Assembly (NCBI GenBank): GCA_023444045.1
Contig: JAEZRQ010000005.1
Span: 37,726-101,725 of the forward strand
Direction: 5' to 3'
Origin: Candidatus Parcubacteria bacterium
Lineage (GTDB): Bacteria > Patescibacteriota > Patescibacteriia > Patescibacteriales > UBA12465
Length of the DNA stretch: 64,000 bases
Part shown: positions 55,852 to 62,922 of the stretch, in pieces
How positions within the stretch are numbered: position 1 is the stretch's first letter
Layout of the letters: each line of letters starts with the position of its first letter
Translations under genes and position numbers: made by a program
The notes under the pieces: model-generated
What the model saw: the letters and a program-made list of their open reading frames with translations, nothing else
What the model was told of the DNA's origin: nothing
Databases searched by the model: none

Positions 55852-55927
55852 TATTACGACATAATATACGTAAAAAAACAAAAAACGTTACAGTCAAGCT
55901 ATAGCGTTTTTGTATTACAATATAAGC

Positions 55928-56506
55928 TTACTTCTCCTCTGCCTCTAGCAGTTCTTTAAGGGCAGCCAAAGAACGATGAAGTAGTACTCTGATGTTGCCT
56001 TTAGTTTTGCCAGTGACTTCACTAATTTCATCAAGCTCCAAATCGTTCACAAATTTTAAAACAATAATTTCCCGGTATTCTTCCTTAAGTAAAGGTAACT
56101 TGCTCTTTATTTTAGCCAGATCATTCTGCCTGTCAATTTCCTGATTTAAGTCCTTAGAATCATCTACTATTTCAATTGGTCTTTCTTCATCGTCTAAAGA
56201 AAACTCTACTTTAGAGCCATTTTCCCGGTAGTAATCAACAATAGAAGTTCTGGCAACTTTATAAAGCAAGGCTCTTAAAGTACTGGCGCTGGTTAAACTA
56301 TTGTTCTGAATATGATTCCAGGTCTTAAGGAATATCATTGAGGTTAAATCTTTTGCCTCCTCAACGTGCCCAATCTTAAAATAAACAAAGCGATAAATAT
56401 CGCCAGCAAAATTATCATACACCTCAATAAAGACTTCCTTGTCTTTATTTTTAAGACGGCTAATAGTTTGTTTATCTTTAAATTTTTGAACTAATGATTG
56501 TGCCAT
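55928..56506 (-). CDS. ECF-type sigma-70 family factor
   Basis: 192 aa. Region 2 (IYRFVYFKIGHVEEAKDLTSMIFLKTW) and region 4 HTH (EISEVTGKTKGNIRVLLHRSLAALK). Confidence 0.85.
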   Translation of the reverse strand: MAQSLVQKFKDKQTISRLKNKDKEVFIEVYDNFAGDIYRFVYFKIGHVEEAKDLTSMIFLKTWNHIQNNSLTSASTLRALLYKVARTSIVDYYRENGSKVEFSLDDEERPIEIVDDSKDLNQEIDRQNDLAKIKSKLPLLKEEYREIIVLKFVNDLELDEISEVTGKTKGNIRVLLHRSLAALKELLEAEEK

Positions 56507-56757
56507 TTTCTTCTGAAATTTTGATACAAAACAAGGGAATGATTAAAGTTCCCCGCTCTTATAATCCTATTTTCGTTATCAAATTCTAGCATAGCTGGGT
56601 GAAAAAAGCAAGGTATCAAAGAGTTTTTAAGCCTAAAATAGACTACGCTTTTTAAGGATTTTTCTTCTAAAAAATAGTTCCCTAGACTTGACTTTTAATT
56701 ATTAATAGGTAAGAATTAAGTTACTTCTGTCTAAGATATGTTGGACTTAAATACTAT

Positions 56758-57000
56758 ATGACCATCACCTCACCAGAAAAGATTAATAACCAACTTTGGT
56801 TTTCTGTTTCATCATCGGCTAAATTGGCCGGAGTTGATCCTAAAACCATTAGACGAGCCCTAAAGAATGACTCCGGTTTAAGTTATAAAATTGTCAAAGA
56901 TCGCTATAAAATAGAGTTAGGCTCCCTGCTGGCATTTTTAAATAAGAGCACTAAACTAAAAAATAAACTGAAAAATAATGGCCTAGGACAATACTTCTAA
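56758..57000 (+). CDS. Small helix-turn-helix DNA-binding protein
   Basis: 80 aa. FSVSSSAKLAGVDPKTIRRALKN is an HTH_17/excisionase-like motif. Has its own terminator. Confidence 0.6.
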   Translation: MTITSPEKINNQLWFSVSSSAKLAGVDPKTIRRALKNDSGLSYKIVKDRYKIELGSLLAFLNKSTKLKNKLKNNGLGQYF

Positions 57001-57033
57001 AACTACTTTTTTAATAAAAAAACCTAAACTTTT

Positions 57034-57055
57034 GGACCCTTTCGGGGTCCTTTTT
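57034..57055 (+). terminator. Intrinsic terminator of the HTH gene
   Basis: GGACCC-TTTCG-GGGTCC followed by TTTTT. Confidence 0.85.
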
Positions 57056-57129
57056 AAAATGCTAAAATAGTTAGCAAATAATTAATCTCGGAATAATTTA
57101 CCCCCTTCGTTTATTATTCTCCAAAAACT

Positions 57130-57525
57130 ATGACTAAAACAGAAACTATCAACACCCCAGTCACTTTAGAGGGGGTTTCTCGGCTTTTGCTAGAGAATAA
57201 CATCATCCTACTTAAGGCGATGGATGATAAGATTAGAGAAAACAACATCATCCTGCTTAAGGCGGTTGATGAGAAGATTGAGAAAAGAATTAAAGAGAAC
57301 AACATCATCCTGCTTAAGGCGGTTGATGAGAAGATTGATCAGAGAATTAAAGAGAACAACATCATCCTACTTAAGGCGATGGATGAGAAGATTGAAAAAA
57401 GGATCAGAGAGAATAATGACTTCATCTTTACAAATTTCAATGACCAAATTAACAGAATTGTTGATCTATTTAATGGTGTTATTAGAGTTAGAAAAGATGG
57501 CACCTTTAGAATGGAGATTCTTTAA
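57130..57525 (+). CDS. Tandem-repeat coiled-coil protein (19-aa units ENNIILLKA[VM]DEKIEKRIK), hypothetical
   Basis: 131 aa. Chosen over the overlapping alternative-frame ORFs because it has a non-repeat N- and C-terminus and is followed by a terminator. Confidence 0.55.
   Translation: MTKTETINTPVTLEGVSRLLLENNIILLKAMDDKIRENNIILLKAVDEKIEKRIKENNIILLKAVDEKIDQRIKENNIILLKAMDEKIEKRIRENNDFIFTNFNDQINRIVDLFNGVIRVRKDGTFRMEIL
57193..57408 (+). repeat. Tandem repeat, one 45-bp plus three 57-bp units, in-frame
   Basis: Units at 57193-57237, 57238-57294, 57295-57351 and 57352-57408. Outer units share CTACTTAAGGCGATGGAT and inner units share CTGCTTAAGGCGGTTGAT (an A-B-B-A pattern). Confidence 0.9.
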
Positions 57526-57540
57526 AATTTCTAAACCAAC

Positions 57541-57574
57541 AAAAAAATCACCTGATTCCGTAGGTGATTTTTTT
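57541..57574. terminator. Bidirectional terminator between the repeat gene and the HU gene
   Basis: AAAAAAATCACCTGATTCCGTAGGTGATTTTTTT. Confidence 0.85.
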
Positions 57575-57598
57575 GTATAGAAGTTAGCTGTTTAAAAA

Positions 57599-57880
57599 TT
57601 ATAGAACAGCATCCTTAACCGCTTTAGCTAGGCGGAATTTAACCACAGTTTTAGCTGGGATTTTAATTGTTTCGCCAGTAGCTGGATTGCGGCCTTCGCG
57701 AGCTTTTCTTTTAGCTTTTACTAACTTACCGAAGCCAGGAACAATGCATTCGCCATTCTTCTTAACTTCTTTGTAAGTCATTTCAGCCATGATTTCTAAG
57801 AAGTTTGCAACTTCTTTTTTAGCATAGCCAGTAGCTTCAGCTAAATTAGCTACCATTTGAGCTTTTGTCATTTTAGACAT
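57599..57880 (-). CDS. hup: HU-family nucleoid DNA-binding protein
   Basis: 93 aa. GFGKLVKAKRKAREGRNPATGETIKIPAKTVVKFR is the HU beta-arm signature. Confidence 0.93.
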   Translation of the reverse strand: MSKMTKAQMVANLAEATGYAKKEVANFLEIMAEMTYKEVKKNGECIVPGFGKLVKAKRKAREGRNPATGETIKIPAKTVVKFRLAKAVKDAVL

Positions 57881-58011
57881 AATTGCATGGGGCTTAGTAA
57901 TAGGTAATTAAATCTAAAAAAATTTAATTAAAAATTACTGCTGCCTAAATTATTAAATTGAAAATTTATTTTTAAATTATAAACTTTCAATTAACCTTTA
58001 TTTACAAGAGT

Positions 58012-58040
58012 ATTATAGCATAGTCAAAAATATTTGCCAA
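58012..58040 (-). promoter_or_regulatory. Promoter of the HU gene (implies a ~125-nt AT-rich 5' UTR)
   Basis: Minus strand reads TTGGCA (58040-58035), a 17-nt spacer, then TATAAT (58017-58012). Confidence 0.55.
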
Positions 58041-58083
58041 TAAACAAAGGGGATATAGCCAGGTGCTTAAAAAATGCCTGATA

Positions 58084-58806
58084 TTAAAGGGTTTTTTGCC
58101 TTTTTATCTTGAGATATTTTTGCCTTTCTTTTTCTGGAAATTTTTCAATTGCATAACGCAACATTGTTCTGGGCATTTTGTCTGCATGAGAATTTAAAAA
58201 ATTAGTTAATACTTTCTTGTCTCTTTTACCAAGCTCTCTTAACATCCAACCACTAGCTTTATGCATTAAATCTTCTTTGTCATTTAAAAGTGCCGTTGCT
58301 AATTTAATAGTATCTTCTGTTTCGCCAAATCTAATAAAAGCCACACAAGAAACCATTGCTAAACGACGCTCCCAAAGATTTTTTGATTTAATAAACTGGT
58401 AAAGAATTTTTCTTTCTTCCTTATGGCGCAATAAGTAATCGCCCATAATCTTATAAACCGATAAATCAACTAAGTCCCAATTGTTAGCGGCAGCTCGGTG
58501 TTTGATATAAAAGTTATAGATTTCCTTACGCTCATTATCAGCTTTAGCCTTCTGATATTTTTCCACTAAAATAGTAAGTCCGATTAGGCGTAATTCATGA
58601 ACCTTGTCCTTTAAGAGTTCTGTAACATTCTTTAAATCCAGTTCTTGGTAATCTTTAGCAATTGACTTCATTTCTGGAACATTAAGCCCCCAAAAAACAT
58701 CCCCTGCCCCATATTGCCCCGGAGCGGTCTTAAAAAAGTACTTAGAGTGTTCGGCTCGTTCCTTGGAATACAAGGACTTGGCTTTTTTAATAATTTGTTG
58801 TAACAT
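58084..58806 (-). CDS. DNA alkylation repair protein (AlkD/AlkC-like HEAT-repeat glycosylase family)
   Basis: 240 aa. YFFKTAPGQYGAGDVFWGLNVPEMKSIAKDY and WMLRELGKRD resemble the PF08713 family as I remember it. Confidence 0.75.
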   Translation of the reverse strand: MLQQIIKKAKSLYSKERAEHSKYFFKTAPGQYGAGDVFWGLNVPEMKSIAKDYQELDLKNVTELLKDKVHELRLIGLTILVEKYQKAKADNERKEIYNFYIKHRAAANNWDLVDLSVYKIMGDYLLRHKEERKILYQFIKSKNLWERRLAMVSCVAFIRFGETEDTIKLATALLNDKEDLMHKASGWMLRELGKRDKKVLTNFLNSHADKMPRTMLRYAIEKFPEKERQKYLKIKRQKTL

Positions 58807-58970
58807 ATTGAGTTAATTTACGTAATCTATATAAAGTAAGTTAACAAGTAAGTCCTCTTCCGAGAACTGTCTGTCATAAACGGCAAATAGCTCTCGGAAG
58901 GGCGATTGTCATAAGACATTCACAGTCTAGGATTGGTCACCTAGATTTCCCTTCTTTAAACAATAGATAT

Positions 58971-59111
58971 ATGTTTAGAGAAATTGCCGGATTCTTAGGA
59001 ATCCTCCTGATTGTGAAAATCGCACTTCCCAGTGAAATTGGCGACTTAATAACAGAAATTCTAATGAACATCTTAAACATCATTAGAGATTCTCTTAGCC
59101 AGGTTCACTAA
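58971..59111 (+). CDS. Possible 46-aa membrane peptide (below the ORF-track cutoff)
   Basis: Own translation: MFREIAGFLGILLIVKIALPSEIGDLITEILMNILNIIRDSLSQVH. Followed by a strong terminator. Confidence 0.35.
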   Translation: MFREIAGFLGILLIVKIALPSEIGDLITEILMNILNIIRDSLSQVH

Positions 59112-59120
59112 CCCCATATA

Positions 59121-59156
59121 AAAAAGCTTTCTTAAGTAATTAAGAAAGCTTTTTCT
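59121..59156. terminator. Bidirectional terminator (small ORF / rlmH)
   Basis: 13-bp stem AAAGCTTTCTTAA-GTAA-TTAAGAAAGCTTT with A- and T-runs. Confidence 0.85.
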
Positions 59157-59157
59157 T

Positions 59158-59613
59158 TTAATAATGATACTCTTTATTATTTAAAATGGTTGTAGCACGA
59201 TAGATTTGTTCAAGTAGGATGACTCGGGCCATTTCATGAGTGAAAGTTAGTGGGGATAAAGAGATCTTTGGATATTTATTTAACAAGTTTTTCGCAAAAC
59301 CTAGACTACCAGCAATAACTAAAATAATTTCACCCTGGTTCAATTTCCTAGCAAAATCATGGGATGTAAACAGTTCTCCATCTTCACTTAGCAGACACAC
59401 TTTAGCGCCAGTTTTTTTAGTTAAAACTGTTTCAATTCTTTCGGCTTCTAAAGTTTTAGCCTTTTCCTTATTAGTAGATGCAAAAGATTCCGCTTTTAAC
59501 TCGGTGATGTTTAAACGAGCATAAGGAGAAATTCTTTTAAGATACTCCCCAGCTATTTTATTTAAAGCCTGATCTTTAATTTTCCCAATTGTAATAAGAG
59601 TGATGTTTAACAT
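59158..59613 (-). CDS. rlmH: 23S rRNA (pseudouridine1915-N3)-methyltransferase RlmH (SPOUT)
   Basis: 151 aa. Typical RlmH length and pattern (ITLITIGKIKD...YLKRI...LSLSPLTFTHEMARVILLEQIYRA). Confidence 0.85.
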   Translation of the reverse strand: MLNITLITIGKIKDQALNKIAGEYLKRISPYARLNITELKAESFASTNKEKAKTLEAERIETVLTKKTGAKVCLLSEDGELFTSHDFARKLNQGEIILVIAGSLGFAKNLLNKYPKISLSPLTFTHEMARVILLEQIYRATTILNNKEYHY

Positions 59614-59625
59614 GTCTTTAGTGTA

Positions 59626-59657
59626 TCAAAAAACCTCTTAAGGAGAAAGAGGTTTTT
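59626..59657 (-). terminator. Intrinsic terminator of 59669..60517, ending 13 nt before the rlmH ATG
   Basis: Minus strand reads AAACCTCTTTCTCCTTAAGAGGTTTTTTG. Confidence 0.7.
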
Positions 59658-59668
59658 AAAAGATTATT

Positions 59669-60517
59669 TTATATTTTACAATTAATTGGCCCCGATTTAA
59701 AAGAACAGGAAGAAACGTAATTCCAAACACCTGTCGTTGTATTAAATCGCACACAACGATTTAACGGCCCCGCTGATACTCCGCTTGGAGAAGTAGAAGA
59801 GTCCAACTCCAAACCAAGCTCCTCACAAAAAGCGGCTTTAGAAACAGCATCATTATAAATTCCAACGACAACATCATTATACGCTCCAATGTTTTTTCCG
59901 GTTGCATACCTAAAAATTGGATTAACTACACTTTTATCACCGGCTGTAAAAATTGTTGATACGTCTCCGAGCTCAATACCTGGTAAGGTAAACCCAATCA
60001 CATTACTAATATTTGGAAGAGGATTACCCTGCCCACCTTTCCGGCAATTATACCACACTAAGCGCTCATCGTTACCGCTACCAGATTCATTAACAATAAT
60101 ACCGTATGAAGGAACAAGGCCGCTGAACCTAGCCATAGTAGTATCACCAGGCCAACTCTTATGCCCATAAGTTGATACGGAATTATAAAATATTGGACAA
60201 TCCAATGATCCATTGACCCTTAATTCACCAGTAACCACCATGTCTCCGGCCACTGTCATTAAAAGATCGGAAGTGGTTGTTCCAATCCCCACCTTACCAC
60301 TGGCTACCACCAAACCATAATCTGGATTATCTAAACCAGTGACAACACCACCACCAAAAGAGCCGGAGGTAATTACTTGTAAGAAATCTTTTAAAATACT
60401 TTGATTATAAGTTTCAGCGCCAACTTTTTTAACTAAAAAAGTTGAAAATGAGAAAAATAAAACTAAGCCAATAATAATTATTGGAGTTTTAAGTCCCATC
60501 TCTTTTATTTTTTTCAT
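59669..60517 (-). CDS. Membrane-anchored/exported hypothetical protein with tail-fibre-like GKVGIGTTT motif and Cys-rich C-terminus
   Basis: 282 aa. N-terminal TM. GKVGIGTTTSDLLMTVAGDMVVTGELRVNG. Six Cys in the C-terminal half. Confidence 0.65.
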   Translation of the reverse strand: MKKIKEMGLKTPIIIIGLVLFFSFSTFLVKKVGAETYNQSILKDFLQVITSGSFGGGVVTGLDNPDYGLVVASGKVGIGTTTSDLLMTVAGDMVVTGELRVNGSLDCPIFYNSVSTYGHKSWPGDTTMARFSGLVPSYGIIVNESGSGNDERLVWYNCRKGGQGNPLPNISNVIGFTLPGIELGDVSTIFTAGDKSVVNPIFRYATGKNIGAYNDVVVGIYNDAVSKAAFCEELGLELDSSTSPSGVSAGPLNRCVRFNTTTGVWNYVSSCSFKSGPINCKI

Positions 60518-60578
60518 AAGATTAAAATAAGATAATAAAGTTCTACTAATATTATACCCTTTTTAAAAATAATCGTCT

Positions 60579-60613
60579 ACAAAAAAACTCTTCTGATTTT
60601 TATCAAAAGAGTT
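60579..60613 (-). terminator. Intrinsic terminator of 60620..61915
   Basis: AACTCTT...AAGAGTT stem (60586-60613) followed on the minus strand by TTTTTTTG. Confidence 0.7.
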
Positions 60614-60619
60614 TCTATT

Positions 60620-61915
60620 TTAGTATATGGTTAGCTTCTCGCCGCCGTCCGCTAAAAATATTTTAGAACCACTTAAAGTGATTCTGCCATTTTTAGAATT
60701 GGCTAACTGAGAGATATTTCCTTCCAGACTCACTTTAGCTGGACCAATCGCTGTTTGCGAGTTGTCCGATGACAAATAAAAGTCATTTGGACTATTACAA
60801 GCAAACATAATTGAGTAAGTCTTAGGAAATTTTTTCTCCCATTTCAGATTGAAATTATCACCCAAAACTTCATAAGCGATTAGATCCAATTCTGGATTCC
60901 CTGCTCCACCAAGGCCATCCAATGATCCAGAGAATCTTCCTAGTATTAATAAATTAGCATTAGGAAAATACACTAAATCCTGAATGTTAGATGGTTTATC
61001 AGTCACTCCGAAAGTTTTACTAAAGATTAAGTTAAAATCTTTATCTAACTTTTTAATCATCGCCTCGCCATCATTACTACCGACAAACAAGAAGTCGCTG
61101 CCCATAAAAATGAAATCGCTTATTCCGATTCCGATAGAATTATACTTCATCAGAATGCCAGACTTGGAAACAAGAGCAACAGCTGAGCTCATCACTGACC
61201 AGATGTTACCATCGGCATCAATTTTTAAGCCCGTGCCTGTTCCTTTATCATCTCTTAGTTTTAAACTCCACTTTAAATTTCCAGTGACAACTTCATAAGC
61301 GTCAAGATAAATAATTCCGCTTCCTAAACCTTGAATATCATTCCTAATCACATGGGTATAAATTACACCACCGGAAACAACCATCTCTCCAGTAGGATAA
61401 GAATAATCCGCTGGATTAGGAACATTCTTCAACCAAGAAAGTGTCCCGTCAGCATTAAATTTTGCCACGAAGCCAATCTTTTGATTATGAAAAGTTCCTG
61501 AAACATAAACCTCACCCGACCAAGCGACCAAATTCTTTATTTTAGCACCCGAAATGATAAATCTCTGGTAATCTAAGGTGGTAAACTCTTTATATTCGCC
61601 GAAAGCGACAGAGTCATCACTGGAGATAATATAAGGTCGCGCCTTATATTTCGTGTTAGGTTTTAAATCAGAAATAGTAATAGAGAAATCCTTGTCTAAT
61701 GAAGTTGAAATAATTCTTTTAAATTTCATTTCCAGACCCATTTCTACTCCTAGTTCCTTAATTTCTTTACCAGCGGTATTAACTACCACCGCATTTACCT
61801 TAGCCCAATTTTGACCACAGTCTACTGATGATATCTTAACATCAATAATCTCCGGCAAATCTGGCTCACACCCCAAAAAAATCAGGGACAGACAAAAAAT
61901 TATTATATTTTTCAT
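60620..61915 (-). CDS. Lipoprotein with N-terminal Ig/FN3-like module and beta-propeller-like body, hypothetical
   Basis: 431 aa. Lipobox IFLG|C. KPNTKYKARPYIISSDDSVAFGEYKEFTT is FN3-like. Repetitive beta-rich remainder. Confidence 0.7.
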   Translation of the reverse strand: MKNIIIFCLSLIFLGCEPDLPEIIDVKISSVDCGQNWAKVNAVVVNTAGKEIKELGVEMGLEMKFKRIISTSLDKDFSITISDLKPNTKYKARPYIISSDDSVAFGEYKEFTTLDYQRFIISGAKIKNLVAWSGEVYVSGTFHNQKIGFVAKFNADGTLSWLKNVPNPADYSYPTGEMVVSGGVIYTHVIRNDIQGLGSGIIYLDAYEVVTGNLKWSLKLRDDKGTGTGLKIDADGNIWSVMSSAVALVSKSGILMKYNSIGIGISDFIFMGSDFLFVGSNDGEAMIKKLDKDFNLIFSKTFGVTDKPSNIQDLVYFPNANLLILGRFSGSLDGLGGAGNPELDLIAYEVLGDNFNLKWEKKFPKTYSIMFACNSPNDFYLSSDNSQTAIGPAKVSLEGNISQLANSKNGRITLSGSKIFLADGGEKLTIY

Positions 61916-61980
61916 GTTAATGTACTTTTTGATGTAGCAAAATACGTGCCACTCGCTTGTCTAATTATTTAGACCCACAT

Positions 61981-62009
61981 AATATAACCTATTTTAACAA
62001 AAATGTCAA
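61981..62009 (-). promoter_or_regulatory. Promoter of 60620..61915 embedded in the upstream terminator hairpin
   Basis: Minus strand reads TTGACA (62009-62004), a 17-nt spacer, then TATATT (61986-61981). The TTGACA forms part of the ATGTCA/TGACAT hairpin. Confidence 0.55.
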
Positions 62010-62054
62010 CCAGAAGAGGCTGACATCTTAACATAATAAAAGAGTAAATACTTT

Positions 62055-62360
62055 TTAGTTAGGCTTAATTTTTTCAAGCAGCTCTGGCGATAAAGGGGTT
62101 CTATTTATCTCTTCTTGAGTTAAAGAGTTAATAATATTTAAATACTCATCACTGTCATTAATACTACTGGTAGCTGCTCGCGGCTCAAGCGATAACATTA
62201 ATCTTTCATGTTCTTCTTGAGATAAATCAACTTCTTGTTTTGAGACAACTAACTCTTCTGAAACTGTGGAATTATTTTTTAAAAATAATAAAACAGCTGT
62301 TAGGAGTGAAATTGGTAAAATAATTAAAATTAAAAGAATAACTTTGTTTTTGTTTTTCAT
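62055..62360 (-). CDS. Small membrane-anchored hypothetical protein (101 aa)
   Basis: Start refined to ATG 62360 (MKNKNKVILLILIILPISLLTAVLLFL...). The track's longer N-terminus looks spurious. Confidence 0.55.
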   Translation of the reverse strand: MKNKNKVILLILIILPISLLTAVLLFLKNNSTVSEELVVSKQEVDLSQEEHERLMLSLEPRAATSSINDSDEYLNIINSLTQEEINRTPLSPELLEKIKPN

Positions 62361-62416
62361 AATAATAAGTATAAATGTTACTGATATTATACACCTAAAC
62401 TGCAAAAATACTAAAT

Positions 62417-62445
62417 TTGGCAAAAAGAACTATAGGCTTTATAAT
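62417..62445 (+). promoter_or_regulatory. Promoter of mscL
   Basis: TTGGCA (62417-62422), a 17-nt spacer, then TATAAT (62440-62445). Confidence 0.65.
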
Positions 62446-62466
62446 AAAAAGATAAAACAAAAATAT

Positions 62467-62904
62467 ATGAAAAAAATCTTTAAAGAATTTAAAGAGTTTG
62501 CCGTTAAGGGTAACGCTATTGAGCTAGCAACAGCGGTCGTTGTTGGTGGCGCTTTCGGCAAAATCGTTACTTCCTTGGTATCTGATGTGATTATGCCTCT
62601 GGCTGGGCTACTCACTAAAGGCGGGTCATTTTCTGCCTGGAAAATTACTTTGCGCGAAGCAATTGATGACAAGGCTGCTCTCACTCTTAATATTGGCAAC
62701 TTCTTACAAAATATTATTGATTTCCTAATTATCGCCGCTGCCATTTTCTTTATGATTAAATTACTCTCCAAACTAAAAAACCAGCTTAATAAACTAAAGG
62801 AAGAAGAGGCTAAAGAAGAAAAAAAAGAAGAACCAAAAGTGACTAAAGACCAAGAACTTCTAACTGAAATTAGAGATTTACTTAAAACAAAAAGTTCGGA
62901 TTAA
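62467..62904 (+). CDS. mscL: Large-conductance mechanosensitive channel
   Basis: Start refined to ATG 62467. MKKIFKEFKEFAVKGNAIELATAVVVGGAFGKIVTSLVSDVIMPLAG is the canonical MscL N-terminus/TM1. Confidence 0.92.
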   Translation: MKKIFKEFKEFAVKGNAIELATAVVVGGAFGKIVTSLVSDVIMPLAGLLTKGGSFSAWKITLREAIDDKAALTLNIGNFLQNIIDFLIIAAAIFFMIKLLSKLKNQLNKLKEEEAKEEKKEEPKVTKDQELLTEIRDLLKTKSSD

Positions 62905-62917
62905 TCCGAACTTTTTT
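62889..62917. terminator. Bidirectional terminator between mscL and pyrG
   Basis: GTTCGGA-TTAA-TCCGAAC followed by TTTTTT. The mscL stop codon lies in the loop. Confidence 0.8.
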
Positions 62918-62922
62918 GATTA

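Noticed and set aside
57114-57580. Tandem repeat considered as a CRISPR array or as alternative-frame genes (57114..57308 -, 57224..57580 +)
   Set aside because: The units are directly contiguous with no spacers, so this is not a CRISPR array. The alternative frames are open only because the repeat lacks stops. The 57130 frame has unique termini and a terminator.
62266-62771. Long N-terminal extension of mscL (from 62266) and antisense ORF 62439..62771
   Set aside because: The canonical MscL N-terminus starts at ATG 62467 and is preceded by TTGGCA-17-TATAAT. The extension overlaps the divergent small gene and promoter region.
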